64,000 nt of DNA from Candidatus Fraserbacteria bacterium (GCA_947085185.1 CAMTVK010000006.1:1-64000); one strand, 5' to 3'. Shown: positions 28,768 to 37,372, numbered from the stretch's first letter. Notes: generated by a model from the sequence alone, not told the origin. Program-made: numbers and translations.

Positions 28768-29746
28768 GCCCCGGCTGTGGGGCTAAATCGAAGGGATCAC
28801 TCTGCCCAAGCTCTGTATGCCTGAAGTATGCGCACGCCGCGATCATCGCTGCGTTGTCGGTGCAGAGCTCCATGTTGGGGAAGAAGACCTGAAGCTCTTT
28901 TTGTGAGAGCAAGCGCTCCCGGAGCCGCGAGTTGGCCGCCACCCCGCCCACAACGACGGCTCTCTTCATATGGAGCTGGCGCGCCGCGCGGAGCGTCTTC
29001 TCGACGAGTACGTCTACGACGGCTTCTTGGAACGATGCGGCGACGTCGGCCCTGTTTGCCTCAGGGTGATCGCGCAGATAGTAGACGACCGCTGTTTTGA
29101 GCCCAGCAAAACTGAACTCTAAAGAGTCTGAGTCGAGCATGGGGCGTGGGAGTGCCAGAGCTTTTGGGTGGCCCTGGCGCGCGAGTTTATCGAGCGCTGC
29201 CCCCGCAGGATATCCCAAGCCCAAGAGCTTTCCAACTTTATCAAAAGCCTCCCCCGCAGCATCATCGCGGGTCTCTCCTAAAATTTCGTACTCGCCATAG
29301 GCGCGCACCTCGACCAAGAGCGTATGCCCCCCAGAGACGATCAATGCTAAGAATGGGGGGGGCGCGTCGGGATTCTCTAAGTAATGCGCGAAGATATGCC
29401 CCTCTAAGTGATTGACCCCAACGAACGGCTTTTTCAGCGCATAGGCGACGGCCTTCGCATACGAGAGCCCGACCAAGAGCGGGCCGACCAGCCCCGGCCC
29501 GTAGGTCGCGCCCACCAGCGAGATATCTGAAAAATCAATCCCCGCTTGATCAAGGGCTTCTTTGACGACAAACGGGAGCTTTTTAATATGATTGCGGGAG
29601 GCGATCTCGGGGACGACGCCCCCGTATTTTTCGTGCAGATGGGCTTGGGAGTAGACGATATTGGAAAGAATTTCTCGAGCGTCGCGCAGCACGGCGACGC
29701 TCGTCTCATCGCACGACGTCTCGATGCCCAGAGTATAGAAGGCCAT
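28751..29746 (-). CDS. tsaD: tRNA N6-adenosine threonylcarbamoyltransferase
   Basis: GIETSCDET, GGVVPEIASRNH, HLEGH, SGGHT, DDAAGEAFDK, CTDNAAMIA. Confidence 0.97.
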   Translation of the reverse strand: MAFYTLGIETSCDETSVAVLRDAREILSNIVYSQAHLHEKYGGVVPEIASRNHIKKLPFVVKEALDQAGIDFSDISLVGATYGPGLVGPLLVGLSYAKAVAYALKKPFVGVNHLEGHIFAHYLENPDAPPPFLALIVSGGHTLLVEVRAYGEYEILGETRDDAAGEAFDKVGKLLGLGYPAGAALDKLARQGHPKALALPRPMLDSDSLEFSFAGLKTAVVYYLRDHPEANRADVAASFQEAVVDVLVEKTLRAARQLHMKRAVVVGGVAANSRLRERLLSQKELQVFFPNMELCTDNAAMIAACAYFRHTELGQSDPFDLAPQPGLTLKP

Positions 29747-29753
29747 GGTGGGA

Positions 29754-30317
29754 TCAGCGTATAATAGCGCTCTTCTTCAAGGCGGCAATGTACGGGAGAT
29801 TTCTATAGCGTTCGGCATAATCGAGCCCGTAGCCGACCACAAACGCATCTTCGGTCAGCGTGAAGCCCACGTAATCGAGGGCGACGCTACGAGCGCGGCG
29901 CGGAGTTTTGTCCAACAGCGCGCAGATTTTGAGGCTAGCGGGATGACGGGCTTCAAGCAGCTCTCTGAGATGGGCAAGCGTCTGCCCTGTATCGACTATG
30001 TCTTCAATAAGCAAGAGATGTCGCCCGGCGATGGGCTTCTCTAAGTCTTTGAGCAGTCTGATCTGTCCTGGCGTCGCGCCCAGGCCGTAGCTGGAGATCG
30101 CGATAAAATCATATTCGATGGGGATGGTCATGGCGCGGGTCAAGTCAGACAAAAATATGACAGCGCCGCGCAGTAGCCCCACGGCGATGGGCGGCTCACG
30201 AAAGATTCTCTCTCCCAAAAGCTGCCCGTAGTCACGGGAGATCTGTTGACCTAGCTCGCGCACGCGCTGAGCGATCTGAGATTCTGTAAACAGCACGCGC
30301 TCAATGTCATCACGCAT
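29754..30317 (-). CDS. hpt: Hypoxanthine phosphoribosyltransferase
   Basis: TAATG overlap with upstream stop; LRGAVIFLSDL, EDIVDTGQTL, FVVGYGLDY. Confidence 0.95.
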   Translation of the reverse strand: MRDDIERVLFTESQIAQRVRELGQQISRDYGQLLGERIFREPPIAVGLLRGAVIFLSDLTRAMTIPIEYDFIAISSYGLGATPGQIRLLKDLEKPIAGRHLLLIEDIVDTGQTLAHLRELLEARHPASLKICALLDKTPRRARSVALDYVGFTLTEDAFVVGYGLDYAERYRNLPYIAALKKSAIIR

Positions 30318-31417
30318 TACTTCCGCACCGAAAATTTCTCTTCGAGTCTGCGCAATCTCTCGGCGATCCCACCGTATTCGAGCTCTTCCATGCCCACCAT
30401 CGCCGGGCCGGAAAAACCTTGACGACGGATCTCGCTCATCTTCTGCGCAGCCCTCTGGCGCACCCAGTCCCAGTACGGGTGATCGAAGATATCTACGGGG
30501 CCAATAAGCTTGCCTTCCCTCAGAGAGAACCCCAGACACTGCACCATCGCCGGGCCGTCAAAATATCCAATAGTTGAATTCTTTTTGACGGGCATGAGCG
30601 GAACATTGTGACTCCCCCGACAGTCGCCTGCGACATAGTGGGCGATCTCAAACGGCGCTAACACTTCGCCCGTCGCAGGGAATTGCGACTGCACCCGCAC
30701 GAGCATCGCCGGGTCGTCTTTCCCAACGTATTTGCCCGCGATGTTATGCAGTCTGGTCGTGCTGCATGCGACTGCGATCTCCCCCGTCTTGCGCGAGCGT
30801 ATGGACTCGACCACAAAACGATGGTTGTCACGCAGCAGCGCCGCAATGTCATAGAGATCTTCGGGAGCGTTCAGAGCAATAACTCTGTCGCCCTCGGTGT
30901 AGTTGACGTCCATGATCGTGAACGAGAACCCTGCTGCGAGAGTAGAACTCAGCATGAGCCCTGGGCTGTACATCGGGTCGGCAAACGCTAAATATAACGG
31001 GAGGTTGAACGCGCCCGGCTCGGTCTTGTCCGCAGCGAAAAAGAGAAAGGGCTCGGCCGGACGTTCTTCGATCTCCATCTCGGCGACGCCGGGGCCCAGG
31101 CCGCGCACGTTCCCCGAGAAGCTGTCTTTCAGTAAATCTTGCCCGGCGCCGTAGAGGCCCTCGGCTTTCGCGACGGCCGTGCCGGCTTTGAATGCCTCCC
31201 ACGCTAAGCCGTGAATCTCTTTGTTGCCCACGCCCTTCTGATGGGTCATTAAGATATGAATATCGTCGCCGCAGTAGCCGACATAATAATCTATCACGAG
31301 CCCCTTGGCGTTCTTCTTGACGAACTCGGAGACAGCTTGGACGACGCCGGGGCTGGGGCAGATGTGCCCGGCGATGGCGCCGATGTCAGCTTTAATAGCG
31401 CTGATCGTGATCTTCAT
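30317..31417 (-). CDS. fbp: Bifunctional fructose-1,6-bisphosphate aldolase/phosphatase (class V)
   Basis: IKADIG, GDDI, LYGAGQDLLKDSFSGNVRG, DKTEPGAFN, RLHNIAGKYVGKDDP, ELEY; SD GGAGG. Confidence 0.95.
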   Translation of the reverse strand: MKITISAIKADIGAIAGHICPSPGVVQAVSEFVKKNAKGLVIDYYVGYCGDDIHILMTHQKGVGNKEIHGLAWEAFKAGTAVAKAEGLYGAGQDLLKDSFSGNVRGLGPGVAEMEIEERPAEPFLFFAADKTEPGAFNLPLYLAFADPMYSPGLMLSSTLAAGFSFTIMDVNYTEGDRVIALNAPEDLYDIAALLRDNHRFVVESIRSRKTGEIAVACSTTRLHNIAGKYVGKDDPAMLVRVQSQFPATGEVLAPFEIAHYVAGDCRGSHNVPLMPVKKNSTIGYFDGPAMVQCLGFSLREGKLIGPVDIFDHPYWDWVRQRAAQKMSEIRRQGFSGPAMVGMEELEYGGIAERLRRLEEKFSVRK

Positions 31418-31436
31418 GAGAACCTCCTGCAAAATT

Positions 31437-31667
31437 TTATGAGCTCGAACTTGGAGCCTTGGTTCGCATTCTCTTTAAGCCTTCAATCAAGGGAGCCAAG
31501 ATCTGAGAAGCTTCACAGATCTCGATCCCGAGGACCTCCCCGCTCTCTTCGTCAATGTCTAGGCTCACACCAGGGAGAAGTTCTTCACTGACCGCAGGGC
31601 CGTCTCGCCTATGAATATATAGGATATCGGCCTGCTCATCATAGCGTACGCTACCGCGCTCAATCAT
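31437..31667 (-). CDS. DUF2283-like protein (putative antitoxin)
   Basis: YDEQADILYI...SEE...LD...GEVLGIEI..AS; ATGA overlap with the upstream gene. Confidence 0.8.
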   Translation of the reverse strand: MIERGSVRYDEQADILYIHRRDGPAVSEELLPGVSLDIDEESGEVLGIEICEASQILAPLIEGLKRMRTKAPSSSS

Positions 31668-31942
31668 AGGAGTGTCCACCTCCCTGTTTGTACTCTACGC
31701 TGCCGCTGACTTTCCTTGAGTGCCGAGCTTGTGATCACAGTAATTGTATCACCATCGCGTTCGAAAGCCACCATGACGTCGCGCTCCTTCCCTAAGTAGC
31801 GCTTACGCCCAACAGCAACCTCGCGCCCGGAAAGCATATCTTGATAATGATCACCATGAGCAATGATCTCTTCAATCCACCTTTCAGGAATACCTCGTTC
31901 TTGCAAGCGCTTCCGTGCATAAGCTGTATACCTCAGGCGCAT
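31664..31942 (-). CDS. DUF4258-like protein (putative RelE-fold toxin)
   Basis: YT-AYARKRLQERGI...I, C-terminal VIT; directly upstream of a DUF2283-like gene. Confidence 0.7.
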   Translation of the reverse strand: MRLRYTAYARKRLQERGIPERWIEEIIAHGDHYQDMLSGREVAVGRKRYLGKERDVMVAFERDGDTITVITSSALKESQRQRRVQTGRWTLL

Positions 31943-31957
31943 TACTTCAATCTTGTG

Positions 31958-33022
31958 TTAGATCAGCTTGATCTGGCTGTTGTCGGCGAGCACGAAGCTG
32001 AGGGCCTCCGGACGACGGTCTCTCTTGCCGATCTCGACATGGCGCCCGATGAGACTGTGGTCAATCCGCCCGATCCCTTCAATGCGCGCCCCCTCCATCA
32101 CAATGCTGTACTCGATCTCGCTTTGGCGGACTGTCACGCGCGGCCCGATCGCCGTAAATGGCCCGACGAACGAATCTTCAATCGATGCACCCTCGCCGAT
32201 GACCAGCGGGCCACGGAGCTCGGAATTGATCACTCTTGCCCCTGGCGCAATCTGCACCCGCCCGACAAGCTGGGAGCGCCCATCCAGTTCTCCATCGACT
32301 TGAGTTGTGATGCGCTCAAGGAGCAATCGGTTGGCATGGAGCATATCGTCGGGCTTGCCCACGTCCTTCCACCAGCCCTTCACCAAATGAGGCGTGACGC
32401 GATAGCCCTTGTCTATCAATCTTTGAATGGCGTCAGTAATTTCGAGCTCGTCGCGCCAGCTGGGCTTGATCTCTCGGATCGCTTCAAAGATCTTCTCGTC
32501 GAAGAGATAGACCCCAACAATAGCGAGATTGCTTGGAGGTTCCTTGGGCTTCTCGATCACCCTGATGATCTGCCCGTCTTGCAGTTGAGCAACCCCGAAG
32601 CGGCGCGGGTCTTCGACCTCAAAGAGCATGATCGAAGCATGAGCATGACCGCGCTCAAACTCTCTCACAACGTCGGCGACGCCATTCTCCAAAAGATTGT
32701 CTCCCAAATACACCAAGAAGGGCTCACGCTTGATAAACTCTTGAGCACACGAGACGGCGTGTGCCAGCCCTTTGGGCTCATGCTGCAAGATATATGATAT
32801 TCTGATCCCCCAGCGCGATCCGTCGCCCACAGTTGCCTTAAACTCTTCTTCGCGATGCGGGCTCACCACAATCCCAAGCTCCTTAATCCCCGCCTGCACG
32901 ATAGAGTCAATGCTATAAAAGATCACGGGCTTATTGGCCACGGGGATCAAGTGCTTGGCGCCCGTGTAGGTAAGCGGGCGCATGCGCGTGCCCTCGCCAG
33001 CACAGAGAATGATCGCTTTCAC
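31958..33022 (-). CDS. rmlA: Glucose-1-phosphate thymidylyltransferase (long form with LbH domain)
   Basis: KAIILCAGEGTRMRPLTYTGAKHLIPVANKP, YLGDN, EKPK, ELEITDA, WKDVG; homology begins at GTG 33022, and the 22 upstream in-frame codons lie inside the IS. Confidence 0.9.
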   Translation of the reverse strand: MKAIILCAGEGTRMRPLTYTGAKHLIPVANKPVIFYSIDSIVQAGIKELGIVVSPHREEEFKATVGDGSRWGIRISYILQHEPKGLAHAVSCAQEFIKREPFLVYLGDNLLENGVADVVREFERGHAHASIMLFEVEDPRRFGVAQLQDGQIIRVIEKPKEPPSNLAIVGVYLFDEKIFEAIREIKPSWRDELEITDAIQRLIDKGYRVTPHLVKGWWKDVGKPDDMLHANRLLLERITTQVDGELDGRSQLVGRVQIAPGARVINSELRGPLVIGEGASIEDSFVGPFTAIGPRVTVRQSEIEYSIVMEGARIEGIGRIDHSLIGRHVEIGKRDRRPEALSFVLADNSQIKLI

Positions 33023-33037
33023 CAAAACCGCCGCCCG

Positions 33038-33081
33038 GAAGCCCCCGCCTTTAGGCGTGGGGAGGAAGGGCAGCTTCCTCC
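33038..33081 (+). repeat. IS left-end hairpins
   Basis: GAAG-CCCCCGCC-TTTA-GGCGTGGGG, then GGAGGAAG-ggcag-CTTCCTCC. Confidence 0.88.
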
Positions 33082-33103
33082 TTTCCAATTATTGAGTGTT
33101 TTG

Positions 33104-33112
33104 TGTTATAAT
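33104..33112 (+). promoter_or_regulatory. Extended -10 (TGtTATAAT) 6 nt before the tnpB ATG; probable leaderless transcript
   Basis: TGTTATAAT-cagaac-ATG; no SD. Confidence 0.65.
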
Positions 33113-33118
33113 CAGAAC

Positions 33119-34195
33119 ATGAACCTGACCTGGATGGTGAAGCTTCAGCCCACGCAGGAGCAGGCCGCGTCGCTCCTGGAGACGATGGAGCGGTTCAACG
33201 CTGCTTGCAACGCCATCGCCGAAATCGCCTTCCAAGAGCGGACGGCCAACAAGATTAAACTCCAGAAGCTCGTTTATCGTGACATCAGGGAGCGGTTCGG
33301 ACTCTCCGCACAGATGACTGTCCGCGCCATCAGCAAGGTCGCGGAGGCGTACAAGCGGGACAAGTCCAAGAAGCCCGTCTTTCGCCCGCACGGGGCCATC
33401 ATCTATGACCAGCGTTTGCTGTCGTGGAAGGGGCTTGACCGCGTTTCCATCCTGACGCTCAAGGGGCGCCAGATCATCCCTATCGCATTTGGTGAGTATC
33501 AGGCCGCCCGGATGAAGCGCATCCGCGGCCAGGCTGACTTGATTTATCGCGATGGCTGGTTCTTCCTCGCCGTCGTCGTCGATGTGCCTGAGCCGCCCGT
33601 TGATAAATCGGGAGACTGGCTCGGCGTTGACCTTGGCATCGCTAACATCGCCGCCGATTCGGACGGCGAGATCTACTCCGGCGGTCACCTGAACGGCCTG
33701 CGCAAGCGCCATGCCAAGCTGCGGGCGCGGCTCCAGGCCAAGGGAACGAAGTCCGCCAAGCGGCTCGCCAGAAAACGTCGGCGTAAGGAGCGGCGGTTCG
33801 CCCAGAACGTCAACCATGTCATTGCGAAGCGGCTGGTCGCGAAAGCCAAAGACACCGGTCGCGGCATCGCCATTGAAGACCTCAAAGGCATCCGCGAACG
33901 GATAACGGTTAAGAAGGCTCAGCGTCGCGTCCAGCACAGTTGGGCGTTCCATCAGCTTCGCTCCTTCATTGAATACAAGGCACGGCTGGCCGGTGTCCCG
34001 GTGATCATCGTTGATCCACGGAATACCTCGCGCACCTGCCCCAAATGCGGGCATGTGTCGAAGGCCAATCGCCGTTCCCAGGCGCTCTTTCGATGCGTGT
34101 CCTGCGGGTTCGCTGGCCCGGCGGACACCATCGCTGCGGAGAATATCCGCAGGGTTGCCGTCATGCAGCCGTACGCGGCGGGCCCAACAGCCTAG
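33119..34195 (+). CDS. tnpB: RNA-guided endonuclease TnpB (358 aa)
   Basis: RuvC residues GVDLG, IEDL, ADTIAAENI intact; zinc finger CPKCG...CVSCG; N-terminal KLQPTQEQ. Confidence 0.95.
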   Translation: MNLTWMVKLQPTQEQAASLLETMERFNAACNAIAEIAFQERTANKIKLQKLVYRDIRERFGLSAQMTVRAISKVAEAYKRDKSKKPVFRPHGAIIYDQRLLSWKGLDRVSILTLKGRQIIPIAFGEYQAARMKRIRGQADLIYRDGWFFLAVVVDVPEPPVDKSGDWLGVDLGIANIAADSDGEIYSGGHLNGLRKRHAKLRARLQAKGTKSAKRLARKRRRKERRFAQNVNHVIAKRLVAKAKDTGRGIAIEDLKGIRERITVKKAQRRVQHSWAFHQLRSFIEYKARLAGVPVIIVDPRNTSRTCPKCGHVSKANRRSQALFRCVSCGFAGPADTIAAENIRRVAVMQPYAAGPTA

Positions 34196-34251
34196 CTGCA
34201 AGCCCCTGGCTTTAGCCATGGGGTTCATGACGCTCTATCTTACTGAGAAGA
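34050..34251 (+). ncRNA. Predicted TnpB omega/reRNA: scaffold from the tnpB 3' end and right end, guide from flank 34232-~34251
   Basis: Right-end hairpin CAAG-CCCCTGGC-TTTA-GCCATGGGG-TTCA-TGAC; established IS605 reRNA architecture; 5' boundary is a guess. Confidence 0.6.
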
Positions 34252-35752
34252 CGCGCTCGCCCGCAAGATACGTCCTCTCGATCGTGATCTCTTTGATCTT
34301 GTGTGGCTCTTGAGCAGGATCTGCCGAGAGCACGATGAAGTCCGCACACTTGCCCGGCTCCAGCGAGCCCATCGTGTGCTCTTCACACGCCGCATAGGCC
34401 GCACCGAGCGTATAGGCGCGCAGAGCTTCTGCTACTGAAACTCTCTGTTCGGGATGCGGCGCATTGACGGCACAATGAATCCCATAGAGCGGGCCGAAGG
34501 GCATCCCATCGGAGCCAAAAGCGAGGGCAACTCCTGCATCTAAGACCGCGCGATGGGGATCGATCTGGGTGTCGCGCTCCGGGCCCAGACGGGTTTCATA
34601 GAGCCCTCCAGGGCCGCTCCATTGCAAGAAATTGGGCTGCATCGAAGCGATAATCCCCAGCTCTTTCATACGGGTGATCTGCTCAGGGTGTAAGAGCTCC
34701 GCGTGCTCGATGCGATGGCGGCGCTCCGGCGTGGCCCCGGCGTGAGAGAGAGCTTCTAATGTTGCATCAATGGCCCGATCTCCAATAGCGTGGATCATCA
34801 CTTGGAAGCCGTGATCGTGAGCGCGCTTCACCAAGTCATTGAGCGCGCGCTGCTCGTAGTTGAGCCTTCCCAAGGTATCGGCGTCGCGATAGGGCTTTCT
34901 GAGCGCGGCGTTGCGTGCCCCAATCGAGCCGTCAGCGAAGAATTTGATCGCGCCCAGTCTTAAAAATTCATCGCCAAAGCCGGTGCCCATCCCCAGGGCA
35001 ATGAAGTGATTTAAATAGTGCACTTCGATGTTGAGGCGCACACGAAGCTGAAGCCGATGGGCTTGATGCAAAGCGATATACGCTCGGACGTGTTCGGGTT
35101 TGGCGATGTCATGGATCGCCGTCACACCCAGCTTATGGGCAAGTCTTATCCCGGCTAAGATCGCTTCGCCAATCTGCTCATGAGACGGCTGCAGTCTCTG
35201 CAAGAAATCCCAAGCGGTCTGCTCACGCAGCAGCCCAGCAGCCTCGTCGAATTCGCCGGCACGGGGCGTCACCGAGATCTTTCGAAGAGCTACACTGTTG
35301 GCACAGAGCATATGCCCGCAGACGCGCACGAGCACCACCGGATGGTGGGGCGCGATCATATCCAAGTCCGCTCTCGTGATATAGCGTCGTTCGGGCCAGC
35401 AGGACTCGTCCCAGCCGCGCCCCAGCACCCAGTGATCGCGTTCTGTCTGGGCGATCCGCGCACGCACAAGCTCGAGCGCTTCGCCCAGAGAGCGCGGTGC
35501 GCTTAAGTCCAGATAATATCCAGACTCCCTCAGCCCTACACTGACTAAGTGCATGTGCGCGTCGATAAACCCTGGGAGCACCGTCTTGCCGTGAAGGTCT
35601 TCGATGCGAGTCTGTGGTCCAGCGAACTTGCGGATCTCTTCGGTGCGTCCGACGGCGACGATCTTGCCGTCGCGCACGGCGAGGGCTTGGGCGCGGCCCG
35701 ATGAGCCCGTGTCAATATGCGCGTTGACCACGAGGAGATCTGCCCAAAGCAT
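34235..35752 (-). CDS. Amidohydrolase family 3 (YtcJ-like) metal-dependent hydrolase
   Basis: PGFIDAHMH, KFFADGSIG, HAIGDRA, HRIEHAE, FGSD, GSLEPGKCADF; TATAAT 10 nt before ATG 35752. Confidence 0.9.
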   Translation of the reverse strand: MLWADLLVVNAHIDTGSSGRAQALAVRDGKIVAVGRTEEIRKFAGPQTRIEDLHGKTVLPGFIDAHMHLVSVGLRESGYYLDLSAPRSLGEALELVRARIAQTERDHWVLGRGWDESCWPERRYITRADLDMIAPHHPVVLVRVCGHMLCANSVALRKISVTPRAGEFDEAAGLLREQTAWDFLQRLQPSHEQIGEAILAGIRLAHKLGVTAIHDIAKPEHVRAYIALHQAHRLQLRVRLNIEVHYLNHFIALGMGTGFGDEFLRLGAIKFFADGSIGARNAALRKPYRDADTLGRLNYEQRALNDLVKRAHDHGFQVMIHAIGDRAIDATLEALSHAGATPERRHRIEHAELLHPEQITRMKELGIIASMQPNFLQWSGPGGLYETRLGPERDTQIDPHRAVLDAGVALAFGSDGMPFGPLYGIHCAVNAPHPEQRVSVAEALRAYTLGAAYAACEEHTMGSLEPGKCADFIVLSADPAQEPHKIKEITIERTYLAGERVFSVR

Positions 35753-35860
35753 AAGAGATTTTATTATAGCTGGCGAGGCTTGGCTCGACAACTGTAGTGG
35801 CAATGGCTCAAGAGAGCCGGGCATCCCCTCAGGGGCATGACTGTGGCAGAGTGCTCAGAT

Positions 35861-35889
35861 TTGTCAAACGACATCTCTGGGCTTATACT
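35861..35889 (+). promoter_or_regulatory. Sigma70-like promoter
   Basis: TTGTCA-17 nt-TATACT, 9 nt before ATG 35899. Confidence 0.65.
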
Positions 35890-35898
35890 AAAGACACG

Positions 35899-36468
35899 AT
35901 GACCCTGGCCAATATCGTTACCGCCGTGCGCTTGCTCTGTATCCCACTTGTGATAGCGCTCTTCTTTCGTGGGCCTCTGTGGCTCTTTTACACCGTGCTC
36001 TTGAGTGTGCTTGTGAGCGATCTTGTTGACGGGGCGCTGGCGCGCGCCCAGCGCCAGATCACTGAGTTGGGCAGGATCCTCGACCCTGTCGCTGATAAGG
36101 CGCTCTTTCTCAGTCTCTTTCTCGCTCTGGTCATCCGCGGGGATCTCTCTGTGGGGGTGCTTATAGCCTTCGCTATCTCCCAGGGGATTTTGATCTTCGG
36201 TGCCCTTTGGCTTCGCTGGAGGATGGCACGCTGGGTGATCATCGAGGCGCGTCCGCTGGGCAAGGCCGCGTCTACTTTGCTCTCCCTGGGCTTAGTGATC
36301 ACAGTGTTGGCCCCTCTGATCAATCCTGAGCACGGGGGTGTGCTGGGGCGCGCTCTCTTATATAGCGGTGTGGCCCTCTCCTACGGGGCGCTGCTCGACT
36401 ATATTTTCGTGGTGCGGCTCCGCATACAGCGCGGCGAACTCCGGCGGGAGCGGAGCCACCAGCTCTAA
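35899..36468 (+). CDS. CDP-alcohol phosphatidyltransferase (PgsA-like)
   Basis: TLANIVTAVR; signature SDLVDGALAR...TELGRILDPVADK. Confidence 0.9.
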   Translation: MTLANIVTAVRLLCIPLVIALFFRGPLWLFYTVLLSVLVSDLVDGALARAQRQITELGRILDPVADKALFLSLFLALVIRGDLSVGVLIAFAISQGILIFGALWLRWRMARWVIIEARPLGKAASTLLSLGLVITVLAPLINPEHGGVLGRALLYSGVALSYGALLDYIFVVRLRIQRGELRRERSHQL

Positions 36469-37329
36469 GGGCTCCTGGGTCACCGGGTGCGCGAGCCTCA
36501 TCTGCCACGCATGGAGCATCAGGCGCTCCCAGCGCGTCTTCGATGTCCCGTACAGCTCATCGCCCATGACGGCATGGCCGATGGCCTTGAAGTGTGCCCG
36601 AATCTGATGGGTCCTCCCGGTGAGCGGGCGCACCAAGAGGAGCGTCGTCTGAGAGAATCTCTTTAGAACGCGAAACTCTGTGATAGCCGGCTTGCCTGTG
36701 GGGAGGATTTTCATGCGGCGACGCTGGGCGGGATCGCGCCCGATGGGGCCTTCGATCCGCCCCTCATCTTCTTGGATCTGACCCCACACGAGCGCCAGAT
36801 AGAGCTTTTCGATCTCTCGGTTCTTGAACTGTTCGATCAACTTCAGATACGCCGCGTCGCTTTTGGCTACGATGAGAACCCCGCTCGTCCCCTCGTCCAA
36901 CCGGTGGACGATCCCCGGTCGCCGCGGGGCTCCAAAGCTCGCGAGGGTGCAGTGACTGAGCAATTGATTGACGACGGTGCCGCGCGGGTGTCCCGCCGCG
37001 GGGTAGACGACCATCCCCGAGGGCTTATCAACAGCAATAAGGTGCTCGTCCTCGTAGAGCACCTTAAGCGTGAACGGCTCAGGTTCTTCTGAGATATCTG
37101 AGGCTCTGTCGGGGAGTTCTATCTCGATGACGTCGCCTTGGCGCACGCGCAGGCCGGCCCGCGCCATGTGCTCGTTGAGCAAGACCGCGCCCGCCCGGAT
37201 GAGCGCTTGCAGGCGCGAGCGCGTCAGGGTGGGATCGTTCAGCTTCTGCAGTAGCCAGAGATCGAGCCGAGTGCCGTCCTCATCGGCGGACACGCGAAAG
37301 ATCAGTCGCACGGGTCTCTCCTGCTCCAT
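36358..37329 (-). CDS. RluA/RluD-family pseudouridine synthase with S4 domain
   Basis: RLD...SRLQALI S4 domain; DKPSGMVV, GIVHRLDEGTSG, TGRTHQIRAH, LHA. Confidence 0.92.
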   Translation of the reverse strand: MEQERPVRLIFRVSADEDGTRLDLWLLQKLNDPTLTRSRLQALIRAGAVLLNEHMARAGLRVRQGDVIEIELPDRASDISEEPEPFTLKVLYEDEHLIAVDKPSGMVVYPAAGHPRGTVVNQLLSHCTLASFGAPRRPGIVHRLDEGTSGVLIVAKSDAAYLKLIEQFKNREIEKLYLALVWGQIQEDEGRIEGPIGRDPAQRRRMKILPTGKPAITEFRVLKRFSQTTLLLVRPLTGRTHQIRAHFKAIGHAVMGDELYGTSKTRWERLMLHAWQMRLAHPVTQEPLELVAPLPPEFAALYAEPHHENIVEQRPVGEGHTAI

Positions 37330-37372
37330 TGCGCTGCGCAAGCCTTGCGAGTATAATAACATTGATATTGTA

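Larger units (their letters stand above)
33023..34231 (+). mobile_element. Non-autonomous IS200/IS605-family element (tnpB only, IS1341-like), 1209 bp
   Basis: Subterminal hairpins with TTTA loop and bulged T at both ends; guides GAAG (left) and CAAG (right) predict cleavage sites TCAC (33019-33022) and TGAC (34228-34231) by IS608-type pairing, both present; no tnpA. Confidence 0.92.

Noticed and set aside
31841..32797. 318-aa plus-strand ORF
   Set aside because: Shadow of rmlA; it also shows that long antisense ORFs arise by chance here, which is the caveat on the top finding.
32855..33118. N-terminal extension of the 446-aa TnpB ORF
   Set aside because: It overlaps rmlA antisense and the IS left end; the -10 element and TnpB homology support ATG 33119.
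33119..34195. Cas12f/CRISPR or nuclease-dead TldR interpretation
   Set aside because: No CRISPR array or cas genes nearby; IS ends and all three RuvC residues are intact.
33023..34231. IStron (group I intron-IS hybrid) interpretation
   Set aside because: Only 96 nt precede tnpB, too short for a group I core, and the element is antisense to the host genes.
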